Counted from the stretch's first letter, positions 18,083 to 27,985 are shown. The stretch: DNA of 64,000 nt from Clostridia bacterium (GCA_045651205.1 JAZRSA010000050.1:29723-93722), one strand, 5' to 3'. Notes: generated by a model from the letters alone, not told the origin. Numbers and translations: made by a program.

Positions 18083-20227
18083 CTATCCCCTACTTAAACA
18101 AAAATCTATTTGCTTTGTGTGTTCATCAGCTCTTGCTACAATTACTTTTACTTTCTGACCAATTTCATATTTCTTTCCTGTTCTTTCACCAATTAACACC
18201 ATTTCTTTTTCATGATAAATATAGTAGTCGTCATCTAGGTTAGACATTGTAACTAAACCTTCGATTGTATTATCTAATTTAACATAGATACCAAAACCAG
18301 TTACTGAAGATATTACACCTTCATACTCATCTCCTAAATGTTTCTTCATATATTTTGCCATAAACAAATCATCAAAATCTCTTTCGATTTGCGTAGCTGT
18401 TTTTTCACATTCACTACTAGATACCGCATATTTTTCTGCTTTGTATTGTAACTTCTCTAATCTTTTACTATCTAATACATACCCATTTTCTATATATTCA
18501 GATATTACTCTATGTATAAATAAATCTGGATATCTTCTAATTGGTGATGTAAAATGACAATAATCCTTAAAGTTAAGTCCAAAATGTCCTAAGCACTCTT
18601 CTGAGTATTTAGCAAGTTTAAGCGATCTTAAAAGCATTTTAGATACTATCATATACTTTTTCTCATCATCAGCAAATGTTTCTAATGCTGTTGCTAAAGC
18701 TCTTGGATGTATTTTATTTATACCTTTAATACTTGAACCCATATTCTTAAGCATTTCGTTTAATTCTCTTAATTTTTCTAAATCTGGAGTTTCGTGTATT
18801 CTATATATGAACGGAGCTTCTAAATCTCTAAATGTCTTTGCTACTACTTTATTTGTAACAAGCATAAATTCTTCTATTATGCTGTTAGATACTCCAATTG
18901 TATATGGCATTACATCTATAGGCTCGTTATTTTCATCTAAAACAAAGTGAGTTTCTGGTATATCAAAATTAATACTACCATTCGCTACTCTCTTTTTATT
19001 TAAGATTTCATATAATTCTTTCATAAGCATAATGTCTGCTTTAAACGGAGCATATTCTTTTAACGTTTCTTCATTTTCGTTATTTAATACTTCTTCTACC
19101 TTATGGTAAGACATACGCTTTTTAGAACGTATAACAGATTTATATATTGTACTAAATATAACTTTTGCATCTTTATTTATTATCATATCAACAGATAAAG
19201 CCAAACGAGTCTCTCCTTCTGTTAGGCTACAAATTCCGTTAGATAATGTTCTAGGAAGCATCGGTATAACCTTACCAGGTGTATAAATGCTTGTCCCTCT
19301 TTTTATAGCTTCTTTATCTATTTCACTGCCTTCAGTTACATAGTGACTTACATCCGCAATATGTACAGATAATTTATATTCTTCATCCGAAATCTTTTCA
19401 ACACAGATAGCATCATCAAGATCTTTTGCATCATCACCATCTATTGTATAGATGTTTTTATCTCTTAAATCCACTCTTGAAGATATATCTTCATCAGTAA
19501 TAACTGAATTTTGTTCAGCTTCATTTATTACCGCTTTAGGGAATTTTTCATCAATTCCGTGACTCTTTAGTATTACTGCTTGTTCGATATCCTTATCTGA
19601 TTCATGCCCAATTACTTCAACGATTTTTCCTTCAGCTTTTCTATTTGCTGTTGGATATTTAGTTATTTTAATAACTACTCTATCTTTATTTTGCACTCCT
19701 TGAAGTAACTTGTATGGTACATATACATCTTCAATTACTCTTCCTTCTACACTTACAAAACCAAAAGAATCTGTTTTTTCCACAGTACCAACAAAAGTAG
19801 CTTCGCCGCGTTTAATTATTTTCTTAACAGTACCTTCTAAACTCTTACCTTCTTCTCTTTGCCCGTTAGTTTCAACTAAGATAATATCTTCATCGAAAGC
19901 ACCATTAGTACATTCGCGAGATATGTATATATCTTTAACTTCCGTATCCGTAGATAAAACGCGCGCGAAACCAAACCCTTTGGATTTGGCTTCAAATTTA
20001 CATACAAATTTATTTACATTATTAGGTAAGCATATACGTTTACTGTCGTCTATGTATATTTTACCGTTTACTTCTAGTTTATTTATTATCTTTTCGAACT
20101 CAGGCATATCTTCCTTAGGAACGCCGAAAACGACTGCAATTTGTTTTGCAGTCATTATCTTATATTCTTTAGAATTAACATACTCTAATATTCTTTTACT
20201 TCTCTCTTCAAACTCTTTCATATCCAC
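18083..20227 (-). CDS. rnr: Ribonuclease R
   Basis: TIDGDDAKDLDDA, HFTSPIRRYPDL, C-terminal S1 domain; follows secG. Confidence 0.96.
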   Translation of the reverse strand: MDMKEFEERSKRILEYVNSKEYKIMTAKQIAVVFGVPKEDMPEFEKIINKLEVNGKIYIDDSKRICLPNNVNKFVCKFEAKSKGFGFARVLSTDTEVKDIYISRECTNGAFDEDIILVETNGQREEGKSLEGTVKKIIKRGEATFVGTVEKTDSFGFVSVEGRVIEDVYVPYKLLQGVQNKDRVVIKITKYPTANRKAEGKIVEVIGHESDKDIEQAVILKSHGIDEKFPKAVINEAEQNSVITDEDISSRVDLRDKNIYTIDGDDAKDLDDAICVEKISDEEYKLSVHIADVSHYVTEGSEIDKEAIKRGTSIYTPGKVIPMLPRTLSNGICSLTEGETRLALSVDMIINKDAKVIFSTIYKSVIRSKKRMSYHKVEEVLNNENEETLKEYAPFKADIMLMKELYEILNKKRVANGSINFDIPETHFVLDENNEPIDVMPYTIGVSNSIIEEFMLVTNKVVAKTFRDLEAPFIYRIHETPDLEKLRELNEMLKNMGSSIKGINKIHPRALATALETFADDEKKYMIVSKMLLRSLKLAKYSEECLGHFGLNFKDYCHFTSPIRRYPDLFIHRVISEYIENGYVLDSKRLEKLQYKAEKYAVSSSECEKTATQIERDFDDLFMAKYMKKHLGDEYEGVISSVTGFGIYVKLDNTIEGLVTMSNLDDDYYIYHEKEMVLIGERTGKKYEIGQKVKVIVARADEHTKQIDFCLSRG

Positions 20228-20230
20228 CTA

Positions 20231-20467
20231 TTACTTAGTTATTGTAATTGTAGTTGCAAAGCATAATACTACGAATGCAATTCCTAAATATATAGTTAAT
20301 TTAGATAATACTCCATCTAAAGTCTTTCCTTTATTTGCACCATAGAATGTATTTCCTAATGCTGCTGAAGCTCCGTCTTTAGAACTTTGCATCATTACTA
20401 CAATTGTTAATGCAACTGCTACTATTAATGTTAATGCTATGCATATCCATGCAATCCATCCAATCAT
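20231..20467 (-). CDS. secG: Preprotein translocase subunit SecG
   Basis: Two TM helices with QSSK..G linker; start MIGW after GGAGGG. Confidence 0.9.
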   Translation of the reverse strand: MIGWIAWICIALTLIVAVALTIVVMMQSSKDGASAALGNTFYGANKGKTLDGVLSKLTIYLGIAFVVLCFATTITITK

Positions 20468-20580
20468 TTTATTCCCTCCAGTTTGTATTTTTAACACAAA
20501 GATTATACCATACATATATATAATTTACAACAAAAGAAATAAAAAGTTTGCCCGTTTTTTCAAATTTTTTAATATTTTTG

Positions 20581-20609
20581 TTGACATTAACATACAATTA
20601 TATTATACT
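20581..20609 (+). promoter_or_regulatory. Sigma-A promoter of tRNA-fMet
   Basis: TTGACA-17-TATACT. Confidence 0.85.
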
Positions 20610-20621
20610 AATAACATGCAT

Positions 20622-20697
20622 CGCGGGGTAGAGCAGTCGGCAGCTCGTCGGGCTCATAACCCGAAGGTCACAGGTTCAAGTCCTGTCCCCGCAACCA
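20622..20697 (+). tRNA. tRNA-fMet (initiator, CAT)
   Basis: CGCGGGG...CCCCGCAACCA with C1:A72 mismatch, three G-C pairs in the anticodon stem (GGG-CTCATAA-CCC), TTCAAG T-loop, encoded CCA. Confidence 0.97.
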
Positions 20698-20701
20698 TAT
20701 T

Positions 20702-20733
20702 AAAAAGAAGAGTGAATAATCACTCTTCTTTTT
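20702..20733. terminator. Bidirectional intrinsic terminator
   Basis: AAAAAGAAGAGTGA-ataa-TCACTCTTCTTTTT. Confidence 0.88.
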
Positions 20734-20736
20734 TGT

Positions 20737-21621
20737 TTATTTGTTTTCTACTGCTTCAACAACTTCTTTTTTATTTTTTCCTTTAAAGTGTGGCATTTTA
20801 GGTTTTATTTCATTTACTGATATAGTTACACCAAATATTAGTTTTACAACCCATAACATTATAAACAACACTCCCATTGGTATTACACATGATGTAATTA
20901 GTAATATTGCTAACGCATTCATAAAGTTGCTTAATAAATCTTTACCTTTTTCTAGCAGTTTTTCTACAGAATTCCCAACACTAGAAACAACATTAGAAAC
21001 TGTACCTGTTATCTTGTCCCATAAGTTTGTTTCAGTTTTTTCATCCTCTTTTTCTTCAACTTTGTTATTTTGAACATCCGTAGCACTTTCAATAGTTTTA
21101 GATATTGTAGTACCATATGTGTCTTCAATAAACATACTTAGTTTCACACTAACTGGCACTATTGTAAATATAACAAGTCCAAATGCCGCCAATTTAAATG
21201 CTAAAACTTTTAACTTTTCTTTCTTTGTAAATAAATAAGTTGCACATAACACACATGCTGCTGGTATTAAAATCAAGAATGTTAATTTACCAGTAAGTGT
21301 AAGCAATATCTTTTCTAAAAATATTACTCCTAACACAATTAACAAGTATCCACTCATATCCATAAGTTGGTTTGCTATTGGTGTCGTTGCATCTCCAGGC
21401 GCTGCTGCAAGTATTGTCGCCGCTCCCGCTGTTGCTGCAGTAAGTCCAATAACTTGTCCTTCTTTTTTATTTAAGTGCTCAATAGATCCGTTATGGAATT
21501 CCGGTTCACCAAAAACTTTAGCCAAAGGGAACATTGATACTACTGCTAATATAATCAATCCTATTGCAACACCTATTTTAATTAATATTTCCTTATTGTT
21601 CATAAAAAACTCTTTGTTCAT
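20737..21621 (-). CDS. Hypothetical multi-pass membrane protein
   Basis: Several TM helices; PGDATTPIANQL..LEK motif. Confidence 0.75.
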   Translation of the reverse strand: MNKEFFMNNKEILIKIGVAIGLIILAVVSMFPLAKVFGEPEFHNGSIEHLNKKEGQVIGLTAATAGAATILAAAPGDATTPIANQLMDMSGYLLIVLGVIFLEKILLTLTGKLTFLILIPAACVLCATYLFTKKEKLKVLAFKLAAFGLVIFTIVPVSVKLSMFIEDTYGTTISKTIESATDVQNNKVEEKEDEKTETNLWDKITGTVSNVVSSVGNSVEKLLEKGKDLLSNFMNALAILLITSCVIPMGVLFIMLWVVKLIFGVTISVNEIKPKMPHFKGKNKKEVVEAVENK

Positions 21622-21763
21622 AAATTTCTCCTTTCTAATTACAGTAAATGTAATTTACGCGAATTTATATTTACATATTATCACTCGCAAGATTCTTTTT
21701 CAACAAAATATTACATTATACGCAAAAAAGATAGAGCATTTTAAATCTCTATCTTCTTTTGTT

Positions 21764-23833
21764 TTATTCTTCTGTTCCATCTCCACCATTGTTTTCAGGC
21801 GCTGGAGTTGGAGTTGGTGTTGGCTCTGGTTCAGGCTTAGGCTCAGGTTTTGGTTCTGGCTTTGGCTCTGGTTCCGGTTCAGGATCTGGTGTCGGAGTTG
21901 GAGTCGGTGTTGGCTCTGGTTCCGGTTCAGGATCCGGTGTCGGAGTTGGAGTCGGTGTTGGCTCTGGTTCCGGTTCAGGATCTGGCGTCGGAGTCGGAGT
22001 TGGCGTTGGCTCTGGTTCCGGAGTTGGTGTTGGTTCCGGTGTTGTTCCCGGTGTTTCTGGTGTTGTTGGAGTTTCAGGAGTTGTTGTTTCTTCCTTCTTC
22101 TCTTCTTCATATACGCCTCTTGGAACAACTAGCTTATCGTTGTATTTAGATAAACTTATTGAACCACCTTCTAATAATTCACCGTCTAACACTTTATTTA
22201 TTAATACTGTTGCTTGCTTAATATTTCCAGCGTAAGGTATCATAACATATAATAATGTTTTTCCCATTGAATATGTTCTTTCTCTAGAACCTGCTCCGTT
22301 TAATGCTGTTGAAGATACTGTCCATTTTGCATTATCTGTTATTTGCATTCTTACTAGTTCAACCATTTTTTCTGTAGACATATTTGTTTGGAAACTTCCT
22401 TTTACTGAAGCTAGTATGTCATCAAACTTAGTAAGTATTGTTGTAGATGTTACTTTTTGAATTATTGCATCTATAACTGCTTGTTGATTTTTACCTCTAG
22501 TTGCATCTCCACCTGGTAATGAATATCTTTCTCTAGCAAATGCTAGTGTCTTTTTACCATTTAATTTATTTAATCCTTTTTTGATTTTGTATCCGCCTAT
22601 TTTTGTAGTAAATGCATATTCTGAGTCAACTTCTACTCCTCCTACAGCATCTACTATTTTTACAACCGAATTAAAGTTTACTCTTACATAATAGTTTATA
22701 TCTATTTTTAATAAATCTTCTAGTGTTTTTATAGATTTATCTACTCCATATATACCAGCATGTGTTAATTTGTCTCTATATCCACTTGTACCATTTAATT
22801 TTACATAGTAATCTCTAGGGATATTTACTAGTAATACGTGTTTTGTTTTAGGGTTTACAACCGCTAACATATTAACATCACTTCTAGATTTAGAAGGCAT
22901 TGTTTTAGAACGTGAATCTATACCACTTATATACACTATGAATGGTTTTTCTGTTACCGCAACATCCTTAACTACTTCTGGCATTTTATCCTCTAGGTTA
23001 AATTCATGTAAAGTTGTTATCTTTTCCCTAAAGTCTGGTATTTCCTCTTCTATAAGATCATAATATGCTTCTTCTACTAAAATAGCATCTACAGATTTGT
23101 CTATTAATTTATTTGCTAGCACATGTATATCATCCGTCTTTTCAGACATCATTACTATAGCTTCTTTTAGTTTAGCCATAGCTTCTTCTGTTTCACCCAT
23201 CTCGTTATCATAATACATTAATAGTTTATAAGATAAATCTTCTAATTTCTTGTATTCACCATCTTTAAGAACAACTAATGCATATGCTTTAGTTTCTACA
23301 ATTTCGCTATCTATTTCTTTTAATATATCTGTAGATTCACCTAAAATTGAATTTACATATATACATAAGGCTACTATCGCTGCTGCTATAACTGCAAATA
23401 TTATTTTTACTATGCTACTAAATTTCTTCCATAGTGTTAATGCTAACATAGCTACTAGCACTACTAAGCCGCCGCCAAAAGCATAATATAATATTTTCAT
23501 ATAGTTTGCTGGTATTAAATTAAGATCATTATTTAATTTAACACCCCTTACAAAAGTTATTATTAATATAACTGTCGCAACTAATGTTAGTATTCCTGTT
23601 ATTATTCTAATTGTTTTCTTGGCCTTTGTATCTTCGAAAGGCTTTTTCTCTTTTACTTTCTTTTCTTTAGGTTCTTTAACCTTTTTTTCTTTAACTTTTT
23701 TCTCTTTAATTGGAGATTCGTTAGTTTCTACATTATTTCTTTTTAAGAAAAGTTTTTTATTTTCTTCTCTTTGTAGTTTTTCTCTTCTTCTAATTTCCCT
23801 TTGTTCTTTTCTACTTTCCATTGTATTTTTCAC
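21764..23833 (-). CDS. LCP (LytR-CpsA-Psr) family glycopolymer transferase, CpsA-like, with Pro-rich tail
   Basis: 3 TM helices; [36 protein letters not shown]. Confidence 0.93.
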   Translation of the reverse strand: MKNTMESRKEQREIRRREKLQREENKKLFLKRNNVETNESPIKEKKVKEKKVKEPKEKKVKEKKPFEDTKAKKTIRIITGILTLVATVILIITFVRGVKLNNDLNLIPANYMKILYYAFGGGLVVLVAMLALTLWKKFSSIVKIIFAVIAAAIVALCIYVNSILGESTDILKEIDSEIVETKAYALVVLKDGEYKKLEDLSYKLLMYYDNEMGETEEAMAKLKEAIVMMSEKTDDIHVLANKLIDKSVDAILVEEAYYDLIEEEIPDFREKITTLHEFNLEDKMPEVVKDVAVTEKPFIVYISGIDSRSKTMPSKSRSDVNMLAVVNPKTKHVLLVNIPRDYYVKLNGTSGYRDKLTHAGIYGVDKSIKTLEDLLKIDINYYVRVNFNSVVKIVDAVGGVEVDSEYAFTTKIGGYKIKKGLNKLNGKKTLAFARERYSLPGGDATRGKNQQAVIDAIIQKVTSTTILTKFDDILASVKGSFQTNMSTEKMVELVRMQITDNAKWTVSSTALNGAGSRERTYSMGKTLLYVMIPYAGNIKQATVLINKVLDGELLEGGSISLSKYNDKLVVPRGVYEEEKKEETTTPETPTTPETPGTTPEPTPTPEPEPTPTPTPTPDPEPEPEPTPTPTPTPDPEPEPEPTPTPTPTPDPEPEPEPKPEPKPEPKPEPEPTPTPTPAPENNGGDGTEE
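21865..22008 (-). repeat. Three 48-bp coding tandem repeats ([16 protein letters not shown])
   Basis: Units start at 21865, 21913 and 21961 and are near identical; they lie inside a longer xP dipeptide tract. Confidence 0.9.
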
Positions 23834-23903
23834 CCTCGAAACACATTATACCACTAGCTAAAAGTATAATCAACAATATTATGTATATTAAATTAAATAA
23901 ATG

Positions 23904-23933
23904 AAAAAACAGCGGTTATATCCGCTGTTTTTT
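23904..23933 (-). terminator. Intrinsic terminator
   Basis: AAAAAACAGCGG-ttatat-CCGCTGTTTTTT. Confidence 0.85.
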
Positions 23934-23940
23934 ATATATT

Positions 23941-24678
23941 TTATATTCTTTTAACACATTTTGTTTTCTTTTTCCCACAATATTGTGTACATAATTTATC
24001 TGTACATTTCGAACATTTAAGTGCTTCATTTGTCATTTCTGAAAAACGTTCAGGATATATCATAACGCATAATTCCCAAACAAGCCAAGCTAATACAGAC
24101 ATCACAACTAACGACCAACAATAAAATCCACCAACAAAAACAAGTGGCGAAAACATCATAAGATGATCCCAGTTAAATATTCTACATGTTGTACAACATT
24201 TGTTTTTCATAAGTAGTCTAAACGGACACCATACTAAAACGCATATCAAATCACACACATAAAAGAAAACAGATATAATAAATATTCCTATTTCATTTAT
24301 TACATTACAAAAATACAAAATACCAATTATTATAATCAACAAAATCCATATAATCATAACCTTATATGCAGATTTAGTAGTGTTTACTACATATTTCTTT
24401 AAATTATCATAATTAATTTTATCTCGTATTGGTTTGAAACGATTAGCAAATAATTTTTGTGAACCCAATGCTACTTTGTTTTTTATAGGTATAATTTGTA
24501 GTATTATATCCGCAATCCAAAGCCCCCATAACAAATGTAATATATGAAATTTATTAAAGAAATTCATTCCTATTAATACATCAAAGTTTTCTTTATTAAA
24601 ACTCATTGCTATACAGCCAATAAAAATTACTATACGTCCTATCAAACGTGTAAAATATCTTTTTCTTGTAATAGACAT
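23941..24678 (-). CDS. Hypothetical membrane protein with Cys clusters
   Basis: About 6 TM helices; WCPF..NKCCTTCRIFNWDH, C-terminal CSKCTDKLC. Confidence 0.75.
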   Translation of the reverse strand: MSITRKRYFTRLIGRIVIFIGCIAMSFNKENFDVLIGMNFFNKFHILHLLWGLWIADIILQIIPIKNKVALGSQKLFANRFKPIRDKINYDNLKKYVVNTTKSAYKVMIIWILLIIIIGILYFCNVINEIGIFIISVFFYVCDLICVLVWCPFRLLMKNKCCTTCRIFNWDHLMMFSPLVFVGGFYCWSLVVMSVLAWLVWELCVMIYPERFSEMTNEALKCSKCTDKLCTQYCGKKKTKCVKRI

Positions 24679-24734
24679 ATTACCATCCCCTTATAAAACA
24701 AAAAACTAGATATTGCTATCTAGTTTAAGTAATG

Positions 24735-24811
24735 TGGTAGCGGCGATTGGAATCGAACCAATGACCTTTCGGGTATGAACCGAACGCTCTAGCCATCTAA
24801 GCTACGCCGCC
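24735..24811 (-). tRNA. tRNA-Met (elongator, CAT)
   Basis: GGCGGCGTAGCTTAGATGGCTAGAGCGTTCGGTTCATACCCGAAAGGTC...CGCCGCTACCA; Bacillota elongator-Met pattern; TTGACA-17-TATATT upstream. Confidence 0.93.
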
Positions 24812-24916
24812 GACTACGTATATAAATATACACTAGTTAAATTAAATTGTCAATATTTTTTTCGTTTTTTATACAATTTATTTTACTAGCATTATACTAT
24901 TAAGTTAAATTAATAA

Positions 24917-24942
24917 ATAAGAGATGGTTTCCCATCTCTTAT
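24917..24942 (-). terminator. Intrinsic terminator
   Basis: ATAAGAGATGG-tttc-CCATCTCTTAT. Confidence 0.75.
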
Positions 24943-24956
24943 ATTATTTACAATAA

Positions 24957-25694
24957 TTAAATTACCATACCACCATTTGGGCTTATTACTTGTCCTGTAA
25001 TATATCTTGCGTTTTCTGATGCTAAGAATAATACTAGTTTAGCAACTTCTTCAGCCTCTCCAAGTCTTCCCATTGGTATATCTTTCTTAATTAATTCTAT
25101 ATCATGTTCATCATATTCTTTGAATATCATATCAGTAGCTATAGTTCCTGGCGCTACAGTGTTAACTGTTATATTGCTTGGAGCTAATTCCTTAGCTAAT
25201 CCCTTAGTTAAACCTATAACACCTGCTTTTGATGCAGAATATGCTACTTCACACGAGCTACCTGTGATTCCCCATATAGAAGATACATTTATTATAGCTC
25301 CATCTTTTTTAGATAGCATGCCTTGCTTTAATGCAGATTGAGTTACATTAAATACACCTGTAAGGTTTACATCTAATACTCTCTTCCATTCATCTTCTTC
25401 TAAATCTGTAAATAATCCAACTTGAGAAATACCAGCATTGTTTACAACAACATCTACTCCTCCAAATTCTTTTACAGCATATTCTACCATAGCATCAACT
25501 TCATCACGGTTTGTTACATCCGCTTTGAACATTTCCACTACACCATCACAACCTTCTAAATCTTTAACAATATCTTTAGCAGATTGTTCTGAACGATTAT
25601 AGTTTAGAAGAACATTATATCCTGCATTAGCAAAGGCATATACTATCGCCTTGCCGATTCCTCTAGAACCTCCTGTTACAAGTGCTGTTTTCAT
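24957..25694 (-). CDS. SDR oxidoreductase, FabG-like; closest in pattern to YmfI (EF-P 5-aminopentanone reductase)
   Basis: TGGSRGIG, NNAGI, SSIWG..GSSCEVAYSASK, ITGQVISPNGG. Confidence 0.85.
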   Translation of the reverse strand: MKTALVTGGSRGIGKAIVYAFANAGYNVLLNYNRSEQSAKDIVKDLEGCDGVVEMFKADVTNRDEVDAMVEYAVKEFGGVDVVVNNAGISQVGLFTDLEEDEWKRVLDVNLTGVFNVTQSALKQGMLSKKDGAIINVSSIWGITGSSCEVAYSASKAGVIGLTKGLAKELAPSNITVNTVAPGTIATDMIFKEYDEHDIELIKKDIPMGRLGEAEEVAKLVLFLASENARYITGQVISPNGGMVI

Positions 25695-25737
25695 ATGTAT
25701 ATGCCTCCTTATTATTATTTATTTTATATTTTTATTA

Positions 25738-27450
25738 TTAACCATCGATTCCAGGTCCGTCGAAAGTATCCATTTCTACTACCTCTGAAACTGTTTTTTC
25801 TCCTACAGTTGTATCTATTTCTTCTGGTGGATATACACCAGCAGCTAAAGTATCTTTCATGTCCACAGTTCCTGGAGTTACTGTACCACCTTCAGCTACA
25901 ACTTCTGGTGTAGATTCTTTTTTAGTACTTCTTTCGCTTTCTGAAGATAATGCTGCTATTATCATTGCATCTCTTGCAACGTCAGATAATCCTTCTGTTG
26001 CTTCTCTTCCAGCTCTTTCTACACTTGATCTTACTCCATCTTCTACTGAAGTATCACGTGATGAAGCTTCAGGTAAAGATAATGATCTTCCTAATCCTGA
26101 AAACCAAGATAATGGATTTCTGCTTCTTGTTCTCTTAACTTCAGAATATGTATCTAATGCTGTTCTAAAGCCTTTCATTGTTTCTAATTCAGCAATCGCT
26201 CTATCTCTTAAAGTTACTTCGTCAGCTGTTAATTCTTCACCACTAGCAACTTTAGCTTCCGCTGCAGCTACAACTTTTTCGAAAACAGATTGTCCTCTTG
26301 TCTTAGCTTCCTTATTTCCTAAGAATCCTTTTATTCCGCTCCAACTTCTTACTTCAGAACTTGCTACAATATTTTCGCCAGTTTCTGTTTTAGCATCTAT
26401 TCCATAAGTAGCGTTGATTGCTCTTAGAGCTTCTGGATATTTTCTAGTCATTTCACTTCCCATTGCAACAAGTATTACTTTTGCTTTATTTCTAAATAAT
26501 CCAGTAGAAATTCCAAATTTTTCATAACATGTTGGGTCAGCCATTATAACTTCTAATTTTTTCATATCTTCAACACCTAAACATCTTTGTTTAGCTGCTC
26601 TATATATCTCATCAAATTCTGCATAGCTCATATCTCTTGGATCTGTTGGCGCAGCTGGTGCTACTGTCGCAGTTCCACCTGGAGCTGTTGTCGCAGTTCC
26701 ACCTGGCACTGATGTTGCAGTTCCGCCTGGAACTGTTGTTGCAGTTCCGCCTGGCACTGATGTTGTAGTTCCGCCTGGAACTGTTGTTGTAGTTCCACCT
26801 GGAACTATTGTTTCATCTTCACCTGGAGTTTCTTTTTTATCATCTCCCGGAGTTTCTTTTTTATCATCTCCTGGAGTTTCTGTTACACCTCCACCTACTT
26901 CTTCTTTTGGTCCAAAATTCTTTTTAGCTCTTTCAATTCTTTTTTCTAATTTAGTTAATGAATCTATTTCTTCTGGCGTAAATACACCTTTATCTTTGAA
27001 TATATTCATTATTGGTATTAACTTTTTATTATTTTCTTTTATTTCTCTTTTTGCTGCATTTATTGCTCTTGTAGCAAGACGCATTTCTTTTTCAATACCT
27101 TTTATTTCAGCTTGGTATATTCTTATTTTATCTTTATCTCCTGCTTCGCCTTTAGCTTCTTCTTCAGCTATTACCGCTTGTAATTCTTCTATTCTAGCTT
27201 TAGATTTTTCTAAAAACTCATTGTTAGTTGCCATTTTTTCTTCTAAACCATGAATGGCATCCATTATATCTTGTTTTGCCTTTACACCAAGTTCAACAAT
27301 ACTTTCCTCAAGGCCAGAAATTGCTTTATCAAAACCAGCAACTATATTAGCTCTTTCATCATCTGACAAATCATCTCTTCCTTCTGCAGCTGCCTTATCT
27401 GCAACAAGCTTTTGATATTGTTCTTCTAATATTTCGTAATCTTTTCCCAC
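25738..27450 (-). CDS. Hypothetical coiled-coil protein with internal ETPGDDKK and VPGG repeats
   Basis: 570 aa, GTG start after AGGAGGT; no signal peptide. Confidence 0.85.
   Translation of the reverse strand: MGKDYEILEEQYQKLVADKAAAEGRDDLSDDERANIVAGFDKAISGLEESIVELGVKAKQDIMDAIHGLEEKMATNNEFLEKSKARIEELQAVIAEEEAKGEAGDKDKIRIYQAEIKGIEKEMRLATRAINAAKREIKENNKKLIPIMNIFKDKGVFTPEEIDSLTKLEKRIERAKKNFGPKEEVGGGVTETPGDDKKETPGDDKKETPGEDETIVPGGTTTTVPGGTTTSVPGGTATTVPGGTATSVPGGTATTAPGGTATVAPAAPTDPRDMSYAEFDEIYRAAKQRCLGVEDMKKLEVIMADPTCYEKFGISTGLFRNKAKVILVAMGSEMTRKYPEALRAINATYGIDAKTETGENIVASSEVRSWSGIKGFLGNKEAKTRGQSVFEKVVAAAEAKVASGEELTADEVTLRDRAIAELETMKGFRTALDTYSEVKRTRSRNPLSWFSGLGRSLSLPEASSRDTSVEDGVRSSVERAGREATEGLSDVARDAMIIAALSSESERSTKKESTPEVVAEGGTVTPGTVDMKDTLAAGVYPPEEIDTTVGEKTVSEVVEMDTFDGPGIDG
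26660..26885 (-). repeat. Two adjacent 24-bp coding repeat arrays: (ETPGDDKK)x~3 then (TxxVPGGT)x~6
   Basis: Repeated GTTCC(A/G)CCTGG and GGAGTTTCTTTTTTATCATCTCC units. Confidence 0.9.
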
Positions 27451-27462
27451 AATTATTACCTC

Positions 27463-27588
27463 CTATTTTTTAAGTTCGTCAACTTTCTTTTGAAGTTCCG
27501 CAAGTTTTTCTAAATCTTCTGTTGCCTTTTTTAGTTTTTCTACATCTACATTTATTTCTTCTTCAGTGTAGAATTTCTTTTCTTCCAT
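27463..27588 (-). CDS. 41-aa helical small protein (not in the ORF track)
   Basis: GGAGGT RBS; MEEKKFYTEEEINVDVEKLKKATEDLEKLAELQKKVDELKK; TAG stop overlaps the RBS of the next gene. Confidence 0.75.
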   Translation of the reverse strand: MEEKKFYTEEEINVDVEKLKKATEDLEKLAELQKKVDELKK

Positions 27589-27603
27589 AATATATACCTC
27601 CAC

Positions 27604-27660
27604 ATGCAAATTTGCATACTCTTATATCTCAATACTAACATATATAAAAAAATATGTCAA
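27604..27660 (-). promoter_or_regulatory. Sigma-A promoter plus 14-bp palindrome before the RBS
   Basis: TTGACA-17-TAGTAT with extended TG; ATGCAAATTTGCAT at 27604-27617. Confidence 0.6.
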
Positions 27661-27721
27661 CGCTTTTTCTTTATGTTTTTTCTGAGTATTACTAGGCTTT
27701 TTAGCATATAATATACTAAAC

Positions 27722-27750
27722 TTGACTATTTTTAAAATTTATTGTACAAT
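27722..27750 (+). promoter_or_regulatory. Sigma-A promoter of glmS
   Basis: TTGACT-17-TACAAT. Confidence 0.8.
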
Positions 27751-27807
27751 AGTCGTTGAAAATATTTTTAAACTCAAAGGAGTGAGTATAAAAAGTTTAA
27801 GAATATT

Positions 27808-27960
27808 AGCGCATGGTTTTGCTATTTTAGCAAATTGACGAGGATGATAGTTATCGACACATCAGCGGGTGCTATCACGGTTTAATGGGATCGACATATA
27901 GGTACAAAAGGTAAAATTCAGGAATTACTACAAAAAGCCTATAATCCAAAAGTACATTGA
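27808..27960 (+). ncRNA. glmS ribozyme (GlcN6P-activated riboswitch)
   Basis: AGCGC cleavage-site motif, P1 TTTGCTA/TAGCAAA, GACGAGG, P2 TGATAG/CTATCA, TTATCGA, GCGGGTG, P3 CGGTTT/GGATCG, P4 TATAGG/CCTATA, P3.1 AATG/CATT; located in the glmS 5' UTR. Confidence 0.92.
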
Positions 27961-27985
27961 AAATAGAATATGGAGGATTATTATT

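Noticed and set aside
20439-20786. 115-aa ORF across the secG/tRNA region
   Set aside because: Overlaps tRNA-fMet and its promoter; spurious.
21596-22235. Overlapping ORFs rich in GSGVG, RSWSRCW or QHRLQ
   Set aside because: Alternative-frame and antisense readings of the LCP proline repeat; no RBS support.
20622-24811. Segment between two CAT-anticodon tRNAs as a possible integrated island
   Set aside because: The tRNAs are different species in opposite orientation; no integrase or duplicated tRNA 3' end (att site) is seen.
21865-26885. Regular short repeats (also 41628-41705) as possible CRISPR arrays
   Set aside because: All are in-frame coding tandem repeats without unique spacers; no cas genes.
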